Of a DNA stretch of 64,000 bases, positions 1-11,513 are shown in pieces. The position numbers and the translations under genes are program-made. The stretch spans positions 4,092,001 through 4,156,000 of the forward strand of contig OU015567.1 of the NCBI GenBank assembly GCA_907165135.1. Reading direction: 5' to 3'. Within the stretch, counting starts at the first letter, position 1; each line of letters opens with the position of its first letter. Source of the stretch: Oikopleura dioica. Its lineage: Eukaryota; Animalia; Chordata. Below the pieces are notes generated by a model, which was given only the letters and a program-made list of their open reading frames with translations, did not search any database and was not told where the DNA came from.

Positions 1-887
1 GCCCAGCCACTTTCAAACGTGTCGTTTCGAACGATTCCTAGCCACTCTCGCGTCGCTCCGGGTCGATCTTGCCAAAGTTGAAGCTCTTTTTTGTCATTGA
101 AAAAGGGGAGATTGCCACCAATTGACAGACAATAGTTCTGAGCGTCCTTTTGCTTTGATGTTGTATAAGGAGAAGTTTCGAAGGAGAGGCACGACTTTGT
201 TGCGATTTGGCCAGCTTGGCAGATTGCATGGTGTTTGTGATTACAGTCTTCCTGTTGAACACTCCACGCAGTATGTCCAGCGAGCGACTGTTGCACATAG
301 CACACCGTTTTATTCGGGAAGTATAGCCATGAGTAGTCAACGTTGTTGATCATCATGCTCTTTGCAATGCCGCTCTCATAGTTAGCTAGCCACATGTCTT
401 TCAAGAAGCAGTAGGCCCGTGCTTGATCGTAAGTCATCTTTTCATCAGAGACATGAAAAGAAATTTCTTGGTCACGGTTCATGTTCTTCCGGGCGATGGT
501 TGACATTTCATCCAGGGCTTTTTGAATTGCTTCGTATGCTTCAGCGCTAGAATCGTCAACACATGCGTAGGACTGAATCCATAGCTCAAGACGAGCGACA
601 AGAGCTTCAATGTTCGATGATGGGCTGGCCTTTTCGTTGAAAGCAATGTCGAAAGTGACTGGTTCGAAAGTTGGGCTTGTAATTCCGGAATTGCAACTAC
701 CACCACTTTGGTAGAATCCCAAGATCTTTTTCACTTGGTCGTACTTTTGCTGAAATCTTCTGCCAAGACCCTGCTTATCAAAAGATTCACCGACCTGGTA
801 GGCAAAAACGTCGCTTTCTCTGAAAAAGTCGAGGAAATCGGCCCGGCCTGAGCTTTCAAGAATCGTCAAAAAAGATGAAATTTTCAT
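1..887 (-). CDS. Secreted-type protein with an unknown N-terminal domain and tandem C-type lectin domains; partial, runs off the left edge
   Basis: Open frame from ATG 887 to the window edge, absent from the ORF track because it has no stop. Reads MKISSFLTILESSGRADF...FHVSDEKMTYDQARAYCFLKDMWLAN...DCNHKHHAIC...QKDAQNYCLSIGGNLPFFNDKKELQLW...EWLGI, which gives two CTLD-type A..YC...gg.La motifs. Confidence 0.75.
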   Translation of the reverse strand, partial: MKISSFLTILESSGRADFLDFFRESDVFAYQVGESFDKQGLGRRFQQKYDQVKKILGFYQSGGSCNSGITSPTFEPVTFDIAFNEKASPSSNIEALVARLELWIQSYACVDDSSAEAYEAIQKALDEMSTIARKNMNRDQEISFHVSDEKMTYDQARAYCFLKDMWLANYESGIAKSMMINNVDYSWLYFPNKTVCYVQQSLAGHTAWSVQQEDCNHKHHAICQAGQIATKSCLSFETSPYTTSKQKDAQNYCLSIGGNLPFFNDKKELQLWQDRPGATREWLGIVRNDTFESGW

Positions 888-983
888 TTTCTACCGGTAT
901 TGACTGGCTTACAAATATCGATATATAAAATATCTTATTTGTGATGCACTAGAGAGGATGATACTATGCCCTCCTCAATGTCC

Positions 984-1264
984 TTTTATAGGGTGGGGAG
1001 TAGAGATAAAGCTCTTAACAATGTTGTTACATGGAACTTAGACCGGGTAAGAAGCCCCGTTATCAAACTTTTATCGCAATTTCGTCCGATAATGGGAAGT
1101 ACTTCTTACCCCCGAAGTCTTTACTTGGAAGGAGAGTTCGCTCAATAAGATTTTTGAAGACTGCGGACTTATTGATGTTTTTCTTTTTTTATTACCTTGC
1201 GGAAATAGTTAAATACGAGCATGAATCGTCATGCATCCTGACAACATAATAACCACCTATAAAT
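984..1264. promoter_or_regulatory. Divergent promoter region with two candidate TATA boxes
   Basis: TATAAAA on the minus strand at 984-990, about 100 bp upstream of the lectin ATG. TATAAAT on the plus strand at 1258-1264, about 60 bp upstream of the ZP-like ATG. Confidence 0.3.
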
Positions 1265-1325
1265 TCGTCTCTACATGCGTTAAATCTAAAAACTCACGAG
1301 CTTGCATCTTAGAAGAGAAAAAATC

Positions 1326-2151
1326 ATGCTCTTGAAATTGTTGATTCTTTTTTCCATCGAAGTTCAAGCCGGTTACTTTGACCTCCAGTGCAGCAGAACT
1401 CATGCCAAATTGACCCTCAATACTGACACTTTCAGTTCAAGTAGCAAAGATCCTTCGTTTGATTCTGACCTGGTCGGGCTTTACTTGAACTCGGAAAGGA
1501 AAATGCCAGAGAATATCACGGAAGACTGCAAGCTGGAGAACAACATGGAATTTGCATACAACAGTTCTTGTCTTCATAATTCGACCAGTAGGAAAATCTT
1601 TGAGAGGGACAAAAATAAACTATTTTTAGCGTCTTCGGCTCCGGTTTATTCTGGTTTCATAATTCAATACGGAGTGGTTGATGACTCCTACATCTATATT
1701 TCAATTGATGAAGATATTGAATGCAATGAAGATTCATGGGACAATTATGTTCACCCTGACAATGCGATACAGTCCAAATCTGGTAAATTAAACCCATTTT
1801 TCAGCTCTGAAAATTATTCTAGAGGTCCAATCTTCAAGTCTTAAAGCAAACGGAACATTTGAACTGACTCCGGTTTTTAACTTGACGATCACAGGCGGCG
1901 ACGGTCTTGGAGAGAAAATGACTGTAACAGCGACGAATCCATACGACTACAATTTGATCATTGACAAGTGCGATGTTCTGCTACAAAGCAAAGATTTCAC
2001 GATTATCGAAAATCGCAAAATGACTTCAGTAGGGCTTGCTTTTGGCGGAAAGATGCTTTCCGAAGATTCTTTCGAGTTCAGACGATTTTCGATTTCGATG
2101 AATGTTGTGGACAGCATTGATGTCGCTTGTGATGTCACCTTCAAAAAATAA
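1326..2151 (+). CDS. Secreted ZP-domain-like protein
   Basis: Signal peptide MLLKLLILFSIEVQA, then LQCS..H.KL (ZP-N-like). A 40-nt GT-AG intron (1783-1822) joins to EVQSSSLKANGTFEL...LIIDKCDV...FTIIEN...FEFRRF...VACDV, a ZP-C-like Cys and aromatic pattern. Confidence 0.55.
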
Positions 2152-2364
2152 TTTTTTTTTCAAAAAGTTCAGCTTGATCATTTGTCTTTTGAAATTGCAG
2201 AAGTTAATAAAATTCGGATTTATTCTCAGTCAACATGTTCGAGCTCGTTCCCTTTCGTTTGTCTTGACTCAATAAAATACTCAATATTTGCTCATGAACG
2301 GTAAAAGCGAAGTTTACAATTTTTTCTCGATTTTTCCACGCCCATTTACTAGAGTTTATGAAAA

Positions 2365-5300
2365 ATGAAGAGAGAGAGCGGAAAAGTTGATTCGATAGAA
2401 ATGAAAGAGAATACTAAAGAAAAGGGCGAGGAAGAAAAGGAAGTTGAGTTGAAAAAGAGGGGAATAATTGACTTGTACAAATATGCAGATGGACTTGATA
2501 TACTCATGATCGTCATTTCTGGCTTTTTTGCGATCATTGCTGGTCTTCTCGTTCCCGCCGCCTACATCATTTTCGGCGACATGACCGATACCTTCGTAGA
2601 CTTTGGTTTCCTCGGCGATTGCTCTGACGCAGAAGCTTATGAAAAATGCTTTCCAGGAAATTTCACAGAAGATCTCGACCTCGACCTCAACTTCAACTTC
2701 ACAATCTGCGAATTCGCCGTTGAAAACTTCGACTACTTCCACGACTGCGCCAAAGAAGCCGTTGGAGGGTGCGTTGCGGATCCAGACAATGCCACACAGA
2801 TTTGCACGCTTCTAGAAGACTTTGACAATTTTGACTTTCTCGGAACAATGACAGAATACTCTCTTTACTTCTGCTATCTCGCCATTGCTCAGACGCTTAC
2901 TGCCGCTTTTGCTACTTCTTTGTCCATGTTTTCCGGTAAGAAACAGTTTCAAAGCCCCCTCTTTCAATCCCTTTTTCAGCTCAGCGCCAAGCAAACCGGA
3001 TCCGAAAAGCCTACTTCGCCGCAACTCTTCGCCAAGAAGTTGCCTACTACGACACCGTCGATTCTGCCGTTACAGCACAAGCGATGACTCAAGAATCCAA
3101 AAAGATCCAAGACGCTATCGGCGAGAAATATTCGACCTCTTTGAAATGTCTAGCGTCCTTCGTTGGCGGTTGCGGTTTAGGCTTTTACTATGAATGGAAA
3201 TACTCGCTAGCGATTTTCGCTTTCCTCCCAGCTATTGCTATTTCTGCTACTTTGATGTTCATGGTCGACAAGAAAATGCGCCGAGTTCGCGACGCTTCTT
3301 ATGCCAAGTCAAATACTGTTGCTGAAGAAGTCTTTTCTGGTATCAGAACTGTAGCTGCTTTTGGCAAAGAAATTTACGAACTTAACAGGTTCAATTCGTC
3401 GCTAGAATTGTCGAAGAAAAATGGAATCAAATTTGCCCCGTTGAAAGGGCTTGCGATGGGCTTTTTGCCCTGCGTGATGTATGTCATGTTCGGCTTTGGA
3501 TTCTGGTATGGTGGACAATTGATCCTTTTTGAAGGCTGGACGGTTGGGGAAATGTTCACTTGCTTGCTTGTCGTTCTCATTGGCGTCACCCTTCTTTCCC
3601 TGTTTTTCACGAATCTTGAATATTTCACCTCCGCCATCGTTGCAGCCGAAAAACTGTACCATCTGATCGAACGAGAATCGACCGTCAATTACGAGTCATC
3701 CGCAGGCGCATCTGTTTCGGAAAAGTTCGAGGCGGCCATAGAAATTAAAAATTTATCGTTCAAATATCCGACTCGCGATCAAACTGTTCTGAATGGCATT
3801 TCGATTGACGTCAAATCTGGGCAAACCGTTGCGCTCGTTGGCGAATCTGGCTCTGGAAAATCCACTGTGATTCAACTTCTTCAACGATTTTACAATTATG
3901 AGCATGGGGAGATCCTCATTGGAGGGAAGAGAATTGAGCATTATTCGGTCCAAGAGTTGAGGAACCAAATTGGGGTGGTTAATCAAGAGCCGATTCTGTT
4001 CAACAAAACTATCGCGGAGAACATTCGCTTGGGATGCCCCGAAGCGAGCGACAAAGAAATAGAAGCAGCACTAGCGGAGGCAAATGCACTTGATTTCGTC
4101 AAGAAGCTGCCCGAAGGAATCCATACGATGGCCGGGCAGCAAGGAGGACTGCTATCTGGTGGTCAGAAGCAACGAATTTGCATCGCTAGAGTTTTGGTAA
4201 AGAAGCCCAAGCTGGTTCTTTTGGATGAAGCAACTTCCGCGCTCGATTTGAATTCAGAAGCGCTGGTTCAAAAAAGCTTGGAAAACATGGGAGTGAACAG
4301 AACTGTCGTCGTTGTTGCCCATAGATTGGCGACAATAAGAAATGCGGATGTTATTTATGCCCTGAGGGATGGTAAAGTCGTTGAATACGGGACTCACGAA
4401 GAGTTGATTAAGAAAAAGGGATATTACGAGCAGTTATGTATGCTTCAAGGAATGGCTCAAGAGCAGGGAAAAGAAGAAAAAGTCAAGAAAACGGAGATTG
4501 TTGAAAAAACGAAGAATGAGAATGAAACTGACTTCGGCATTGATTCAAGAGACATTTACACAAAAAGCGTTTTTGCTGAATTGATGAAGTTGAACAAACC
4601 AGAGCTATGCTACATTATTTTTGGATGCTTTTTTGCTCTCATTGCTGGTGCTGTTGAGCCATTCTTCGCTGTGGCTATCGCTGACTTTATTTATGTATTT
4701 TCGGAGAGTAAAGACGCAGATGGAAACCCAATTACAGATGAAAAACGGGAAGAAGAAGTGCTTGTCTGGGCGTTAGTCACTGGTGGACTTGGCGTTATAC
4801 TGATGGTTACTGTTTTTCTTGGTAAGAAATCTTTTCTGAAATAAGGACCTCAATTCATTCCTAGAATACTCCTGCCTTGGAAAAGCCGGAGAAGAGCTCA
4901 CTTATCGAGTCCGTTCTCTTACCTTCCGCTCCATCGTCCACCAAGAAATGGCCTTCTTTGACCAGGAAGAACACACAACTGCACAGCTTCAAAATAAACT
5001 CGCCACTGATGGCGACGCTATTCAGGGCGCTACAGGGACGAGAGTCGCAAATGTGATAAAAAATTTCATGACCCTACTCGTCAGTTTAGCGATCGGATTT
5101 TTCTTCAATTGGATCATTGCTTTCGTAGCCATCGCGTTCATCCCTTTGATTGGCGCCTGCCAAGTGGTCATCAATAGAATGCTCAGCGGAGCTGGAGCCG
5201 AGGCAGAACGAATCGCGTTCGAGTCCGCTCAGATCATCGCTTCGGAATCAACGAAGAATATCCGTACTGTAACATCTCTCCAGTGCCAAAGAACGCTCAA

Positions 5301-6538
5301 GAACGAGTTTGCTAAGAATCTCGAAAAACCAGCAAAACAGCAGAGAAAGAAAGCAATTGTAGTCGGTCTTGCGATGGGCTTTGCCGATTCATCCCTTTTT
5401 CTAGCCTATGCGAGTTGCTTCTGGCTCGGAGCCTGGCTAATTGACAATGGAACTTATGAATCAACTGAATTCGACAACATATTCAAGGCTATGATGGGAG
5501 TCGTTTTGGAGCCATGGTTTTGGGCCAGAACACGGCTTTCATGGCGAATTATACTGAAGCGATCCTAGCTGGGCGGCGATTATTGACGATTATCGAAAGT
5601 AAGCCTTCAATAAATGTGGAAAACTGTGGTGGGGGAGTCGAACAACTTGAAAATTGCCAAATTAAAATGCAGGAAAGTGATTATTTTCCTAGATTTTGAG
5701 TCTTTGAACGGTTTAAATCACATTCTCAGAGCATAAATTTCGCATATCCAACGCGTCCAAAAAATCAAATTCTCAAAAATTTCGAATTGGAGCTCAAACC
5801 TGGTGAAACCGTGGCTCTTGTTGGTGAGTCTGGCCAAGGAAAATCGACGATGGTGCAGTTGATATTGAGATTTTATGACGCTGATGGTGATATTTTAATC
5901 GACGGAGTGCGACTCAAGAGCTTGAATATTTCCTACCTGAGGTTTTTTCTTCTCCAAAATATCGAAAATCGTATGTTTCAGGTCGATGATTGGGTTGGTA
6001 AGCCAAGAGCCGGTTTTATTCAACGGATCTATTCGAGAAAACATTCTTTACGGCAGCCAAAACAAAAACATTCCAGAATCGGAGATTGAAAAAGTCTGTC
6101 AACAGGCAAATGTGCTAGAATTCGCGGCAAAAATGGCGAATGGACTGGATACAAATGTAGGAGAACGAGGAGGAAAGCTCTCTGGAGGGCAAAAGCAGCG
6201 AGTGGCAATTGCGAGAGCGTTGATAAGAAATCCAAAAATAATGCTCTTTGATGAGGCAACCTCGGCGCTGGATAATGAGAGCGAAACCATCGTGAAAAAA
6301 GCACTTGATGAAGGAAAGGGTACTCGACTTTTTAAAGAATATTGAAGAACTAATTTGAATACCCACAAAAGCTCGGAAAGGCAAAACGTGTCTCGTGATC
6401 GCGCATCGTCTTTCTTCGATTTCTTTCGCCGACAAAATTGGAGTTTTGAAAGAAGGGAAGATCATCGAGTTTGGCTCGCATGAAGAACTTTTTGCCAAGC
6501 GCGGCGCTTATTTTGAACTGATGCAAAGTCAGGTCTAG
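2365..6538 (+). CDS. ABCB1: ABCB1/MDR P-glycoprotein full transporter (TMD-NBD-TMD-NBD)
   Basis: Walker [10 protein letters not shown] and [17 protein letters not shown] twice, [10 protein letters not shown] and [14 protein letters not shown] twice. Introns at 2936-2979, 4822-4864, 5673-5729 (GA-AG), 5942-5981 and 6314 or 6320 to 6371. Apparent 1-nt deletion at 5504-5507. Stop TAG at 6536-6538. Confidence 0.95.
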
Positions 6539-6728
6539 ATTTTCCAATACTGTTACTGTATTTAATAAACTATCACTACTGATATTTTTCCTGAAGATAG
6601 TTGATAGAATGAAAAGCTTTCATTTTATGTTCGTATTTTTCAGTTTGAAATGTTTGTATATATTTTTGAAACGGAAGTCTTATGAGCATAAGATCTTATT
6701 TTCCTTAAAAATCATTAATAGAAAATAA

Positions 6729-7055
6729 ATGACAGAGACAAGTATTGTTGATTTGATGAAGAAGATCATCGACATCTTCAACGAGCATGCTGGTGGAGAC
6801 AACAAACTTGACAAAGAAGAATTGAAGCAGCTGCTTATTCAAGGTAGAGATGTTCGTTCATAACATTGAATTGTAAGATAAGTCTACTTGGATGACCCCT
6901 CACTTTTCTCGTCCGAAGAAAAGGCGCAAGAAGTCATGAACGACTTTGACAAGAATTTGGATGGGAGCGTGACTTTCGAGGAATTCATCATGCAGATGGC
7001 TAAAATGTCTACCCAGTTCAAAGATGACAGCGAGGGCAATTCCAATTCCAATTAA
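6729..7055 (+). CDS. S100-like two-EF-hand calcium-binding protein (about 95 aa)
   Basis: Not in the ORF track. With intron 6844-6882 it reads MTETSIVDLMKKIIDIFNEHAGGDNKLDKEELKQLLIQ/VYLDDPSLFSSEEKAQEVMNDFDKNLDGSVTFEEFIMQMAKM...: S100-type first helix, LxKxELKxLL, and a canonical DxNxDGxVxFxEF loop. Confidence 0.75.
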
Positions 7056-7392
7056 AACGAGATGCTCCCGCTTCGTTTTGACTGTCGGCGAAATGCTTGT
7101 TTGCTACAAATAAACGCTTTGATGAATGGTTATTTTTCTACAGAATAGGTTAAATACATCTAATCTTTTCCGAAACATTTACAAAGCGAAGCTGCCCGGG
7201 CCTAGAAATTAGATTCAAACAATGTTTATAACAAAATAAAACAATCCTTGAGCTCCAAGGCCGCAAGGTATATGCACCACTTGTCAAGCTTGTACTTTTT
7301 GAACCCGGGCCTTCCAGAGCTCAGAATAAACTTTTTTCAACAGAGAAAATTTTGATCATTTCAACAGAAAAGAGAAAAATATAAGAAGCAAA

Positions 7393-7580
7393 GCAGGGCT
7401 CAGGAAGCTGTCTAGAAAACCTGAGTCAGCCCTCAGAGCTAGAAAAGGAAGAGGATTCGAATAAAAATAATGGCGAAGCCGCTTTGCGGCTTCGTTTTTC
7501 GAAAAGCCGCTTCGCGGCTTTAAATTTTAGCTCTCGTTGGATCCTGACTTAGGTTTTCTAGAAAATTTTCCGAGCCTAGG
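7393..7580. mobile_element. MITE family A, degenerate copy
   Basis: Ends gcagggctcaggaagctgtctagaaaacctgagtcag and cctgacttaggttttctagaaaattttccgagcctag, with internal AAGCCGC(n3)GCGGCTT hairpins. Confidence 0.8.
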
Positions 7581-7953
7581 AGCAGTGAAGACCATTGGTT
7601 GAATTAATTTTCCTACAAAATCATCAGCTGCTAGATACAGTATCAACAATGGTAATAAATTCATCATTTTATATGTTTATCGTTTTATCGGAGCATGTTC
7701 AACCTGTCAGGTTGCCGATGATCCCTGTCTTCTTTTGGGACATTTATTGAAGTTGCAAAGGCACGTGGCTCTTTGGACAAAATAAAGATGATAAAATAAA
7801 AACACTCCTTGCCTTTTTCGCTATTCGTACACACAAATACAATAATATGTTTATTAAGATTCGAAAGATCAGCGAACCATGAAGGGAACTGGAAAATAGA
7901 CGGACTATTTCAACAAAATTCAGCAAGAAAGAAAGCTTAAAACTGAGAGAACG

Positions 7954-8532
7954 ATGGAAGATGCGGAGATGTTGGAGGGAGATGGTAAGAATTAATCCGT
8001 TTATGTAATTTTTCAAATGTTTTGAAGCGATCAATTTGCTCGCTTTTTCGATTGAGACGAATATCGCGAGGGGACATACGACCGAAAGGATCGAAAACGA
8101 AGAAATGACGTTGATGAGTGAACTCAAAGAAAATGCCTTGAAAATTTTCATCCACAATTAAATTTTATTATTATTTAAAACGAGACAAATTTTAAGCATT
8201 CGAAGACCACAAATGGTTGATCATTCTTATTGGCGTCGTTCAACTCTTGCTGATTGTTGTTTTCATTATAAAGGTTGGAAACCTTTGAAGATGTTTAGTA
8301 AGATAATTTTTAAGAACGTGATTCAACTCATGGCAAAACGAGCTCTTGCAAGGAGAGTTCCATCAATTCGCGTCAGGTAAAAGATGCTTCATTAAATATG
8401 GTTGTTTTGGCGGTTCGAGAAGACAAGTGTTAAACATATTTCTTTGCTAGTGTGGTGCAGCAAATCGACATGCGGGAAGAGAGTATCCATCTTATGCCGT
8501 CTAGTTCTCTTCAGTCAAAATCTTCCTTATGA
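7954..8532 (+). CDS. Orphan single-pass membrane protein, paralogue A (apparent frameshift)
   Basis: Spliced reading MEDAEMLEGD/AINLL...ELK/AFEDHKWLIILIGVVQLLLIVVFIIK/NVIQLMAKRALARRVPSIRV/SVVQQID. The frame breaks near 8080 relative to paralogue B. Confidence 0.45.
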
Positions 8533-8890
8533 GCTTCAATTCTTTCCTGAGCTGATGATACAATATGTATTCAAAATTTCAAAAAGCACAAGTTGAAATA
8601 AAAAATATCTGATTAACCTTTTGATATGCATTTTAACTGAAATTGAACAATGATGCTAGCCGATTCGGGATCAAGACAAATCCCAGCATCCATTTTTCAG
8701 TCATGCTGATTGAAAAAAGAGCACCAAGCTGAAAACGAGAGATAGTACGATAGATGGTAAACTTCAAAGATAATTTCGTGTACAAAGATTCGAAAATTCA
8801 GTGAAGTATGACGGGAACTGGAGAAGAGACAGAAAAATTGCCAGTTGGAATAATATTGTTTCACGAAAAGAAAACCTAAAAATAAAAGAT

Positions 8891-9446
8891 ATGGAGAATG
8901 TGGAGATATTCGAAGAAGAAGGTAGAATCGAATCAATTTATGTAAATTTTGACTGTTTCAAAGCCATCAATTTGCTTGCTCCTTCATTTGAGCTTAGCTC
9001 ACCAACGGAAAGTACGACGACAGAACAACAAATAGTAGAGATGGGTATTATAACTGAACTCAAAGGCATGCTTCAAAAATTACGGTCCTTCCAAGTGTTT
9101 TGTTTGAGGAGGAGCTCCTTATTCAAACTCATTTGTATATTCAAAATACCAAGCATTTGTAAGAGCTAAAATGGCTTATTATATATATATTTTTCCAATT
9201 GCAATCGTTCAAGCCGTGCTGATTCTCATTTTCATTCTCAAGGTAAGATGATTTTGAAGGATCAAGATTTAGAGGAAATTGTCTGTTTATTTCAGCACGT
9301 GATGAAATTTCTGGCGAAACGAGCAGCTGCTAAAAGACCTCAATCAATTCGAGTCAAGTAAAAAACATTCTCAACTCATTTCTAGCCTTATTTCTAGCGT
9401 GGTGCAGCAAATCGACCTTGGCGAAACCCAAAACTTGGTCTCCTAG
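8891..9446 (+). CDS. Orphan single-pass membrane protein, paralogue B
   Basis: MENVEIFEEE..AINLLAPSFE...ITELK/AF...IAIVQAVLILIFILK/HVMKFLAKRAAAKRPQSIRV/VVQQIDLGETQNLVS. Same exon layout as paralogue A. Confidence 0.5.
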
Positions 9447-9831
9447 CTTGCCTTTCTTCTCAGCTCCTCTCATAAAAAAAGCAACTCCCAAAAGCACAAT
9501 ATGAAAAAACACTAATAAAAAGAAGGTAGCTGATTAAAAATTCTCTTCTTTCTTAATTCTTTTTCTTCCTGCCCGTCCATAATAAAGTTACCGTCCATTT
9601 ATTGCTGCCCTCTCTTTTGTACAGTTAAGATATTTCATTATTGGGTAATAAGAGCTCAAATGAGAAAGATATGACAGGTGGCGGGGATATTAGACCTGTG
9701 GTAATCGCCTTTACGCCGCGAGAGACGTGACTTGCTCCCACAAAAGCGAAAGAGCTTAAAGCTCAACTACTTACAAATAGAAATAAACACATCTACAGAC
9801 GAACAGAGAACTCGAAATAAAAGAAAAGAAA

Positions 9832-10473
9832 ATGGACCAAGAAGAAGAGCCAGGTAAAATTGCCCGTTGATTCATTTTATCATTTATGATTTTCTAGCAG
9901 ATTTTCTGACTGAATGAATATTTTGTCAGTCAGAATTTCCGGGCCAGGAATAAAAATAAATAAAATTCTTTTGAAAGAACTTTAATATCGAAAGCTGAGA
10001 ATTTATTAAGTTGGATATAGGAGCTAAAATGTTTCTGCGAGAAAATTAACCTTCAAAGGTTCCAATTTGACTTTTTCCTAATTGCCAATCAGTGATTGTA
10101 TAGTCTTTTCTACAGAATGAAGACTTCAGTAAAACCTAAAGAAAAAGCCTGTAAATGGGAATTATTAATTATTCTTCCTTGCCCCCGAGTTAACCTTCAT
10201 TTCTCCTTCAGTAATCACAAAAGCAATGGTCGAAGATATGCAGTATCACAGGGACATCGAGCGGACCGTAAGTGCTTCACTAATTAATTTGCCCTAAAAG
10301 CATTGCTTAGCTCTTTTCTGTCGCCGCAGAAGACCTCGTTGCCTTCGTTCAAGCTCAATATCATCAAGGTAATTTACAATTTAACAACTTTGATTAAGTA
10401 TTTTTCAGATTTTCTGATGCATCAAGAAGGCCCGAATCCTTTCCGCCGCGAATCTTCCTGTGTCATAAGCTAA
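9832..10473 (+). CDS. Heterotrimeric G-protein gamma subunit (GGL domain, CaaX)
   Basis: Four exons (9832-9853, 10212-10267, 10311-10368, 10409-10473), all GT-AG, give MDQEEEPVITKAMVEDMQYHRDIERTLFSVAAEDLVAFVQAQYHQDFLMHQEGPNPFRRESSCVIS. This matches the G-gamma pattern VEqL....IeR..vS.AA.DL..Y....D.L....NPF....CaaX. Confidence 0.8.
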
Positions 10474-10728
10474 GAAAAAAAGCACTCGCCTTATTGAATT
10501 ATAAAAAAGATCCGTTTGTCTTCATTTATCCTTTCAAATAAACTCTTGTTGATTAACTTTGCCTTGCTCAAGCCGAAAAAACTTTTCCTATTAAAAATTA
10601 ACGTCTTTATAAATAAAATATTCAGAAAAATGCTGAATTACTGTTTTGATTAATCATTCATTTTTCAACCGGAAATCATATTCAATCAAGTGGTTACTTA
10701 GGCATATCATTATTTTAAACGAGAAAAA

Positions 10729-10983
10729 ATGGATGTTGGGCGCGTTGCAGGTAAAACAAAGGGATCATTTGTCACTTGCTACAGTAGTTGATGTTTAGCG
10801 TGCATGGTAAAACCTGCTGAATCTAAAGTCGAGGAAGCCCAAGATGCTGGATATTTCCAACGATTAAAGAAACAATACGAGCTGCTGTCCAAAGCAATCA
10901 ATGATGCCGGCAACGCAACTGACGATGCTGAGGTCTTCTTGGGCGGCGTTGTCGACGAAGTCAGGGCAATTTCTCAACCCTAA
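10729..10983 (+). CDS. Small uncharacterised protein (about 70 aa)
   Basis: ATG 10729, one probable short GT-AG intron, then open frame CMVKPAESKVEEAQDAGYFQRLKKQYELLSKAINDAG...ISQP stop. No recognisable family. Confidence 0.3.
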
Positions 10984-11513
10984 AGAGGCAGGCTCCTTGA
11001 ATAAATCATTAGGAGCCAAATAACGCTGTTTTGTCATTATTATCTCTTCGAAAAATGATTAAATCTTCAAAAAATGGCACTTGAATTGAAACTAAACCCC
11101 CAGATGATAACAAAATGATCCTGCAGAAAACCCCCAGATAATAATTTTGCCGGTTGATAGGAAGCTAATCGGCTTATTCCCCCTTTAAATAAAAACTTGC
11201 AAATATATTTTATGCATAATTGACTAAATCAGGCAAGGTTTCATTGGTAGCATAAAAGTTGTAGTCGCTTAAGATACCAATAAACCTGTGCAGTTGATAA
11301 TTTTATGAAGGCAATTTATTTCGGCTACGATAAGAGGAAGTTGGAACTAGAGGTAAATAAAAAACAGCTTTTTTGAAGAGAAATTTTCACAATAATTGAA
11401 AGAAGACGAGAGTTGGAAGGTAAAAAGAGCTACGAAAGAAAATTCGTTGGAACTGGAAGAAAATGCAAAGAGTTTCTGAAAGAATTGATTTTGCTACTAA
11501 TGAAGAAAAAAGG

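Noticed and set aside
38-340. ORF with H...C..C resembling a retroviral integrase zinc finger
   Set aside because: It is an off-frame shadow of the C-type lectin frame, which is longer and has clear CTLD motifs. No DDE or RT motifs nearby.
6314-6371. A definite GA-AG intron at the end of ABCB1
   Set aside because: An in-frame GT donor at 6320 also works, so the donor is ambiguous.
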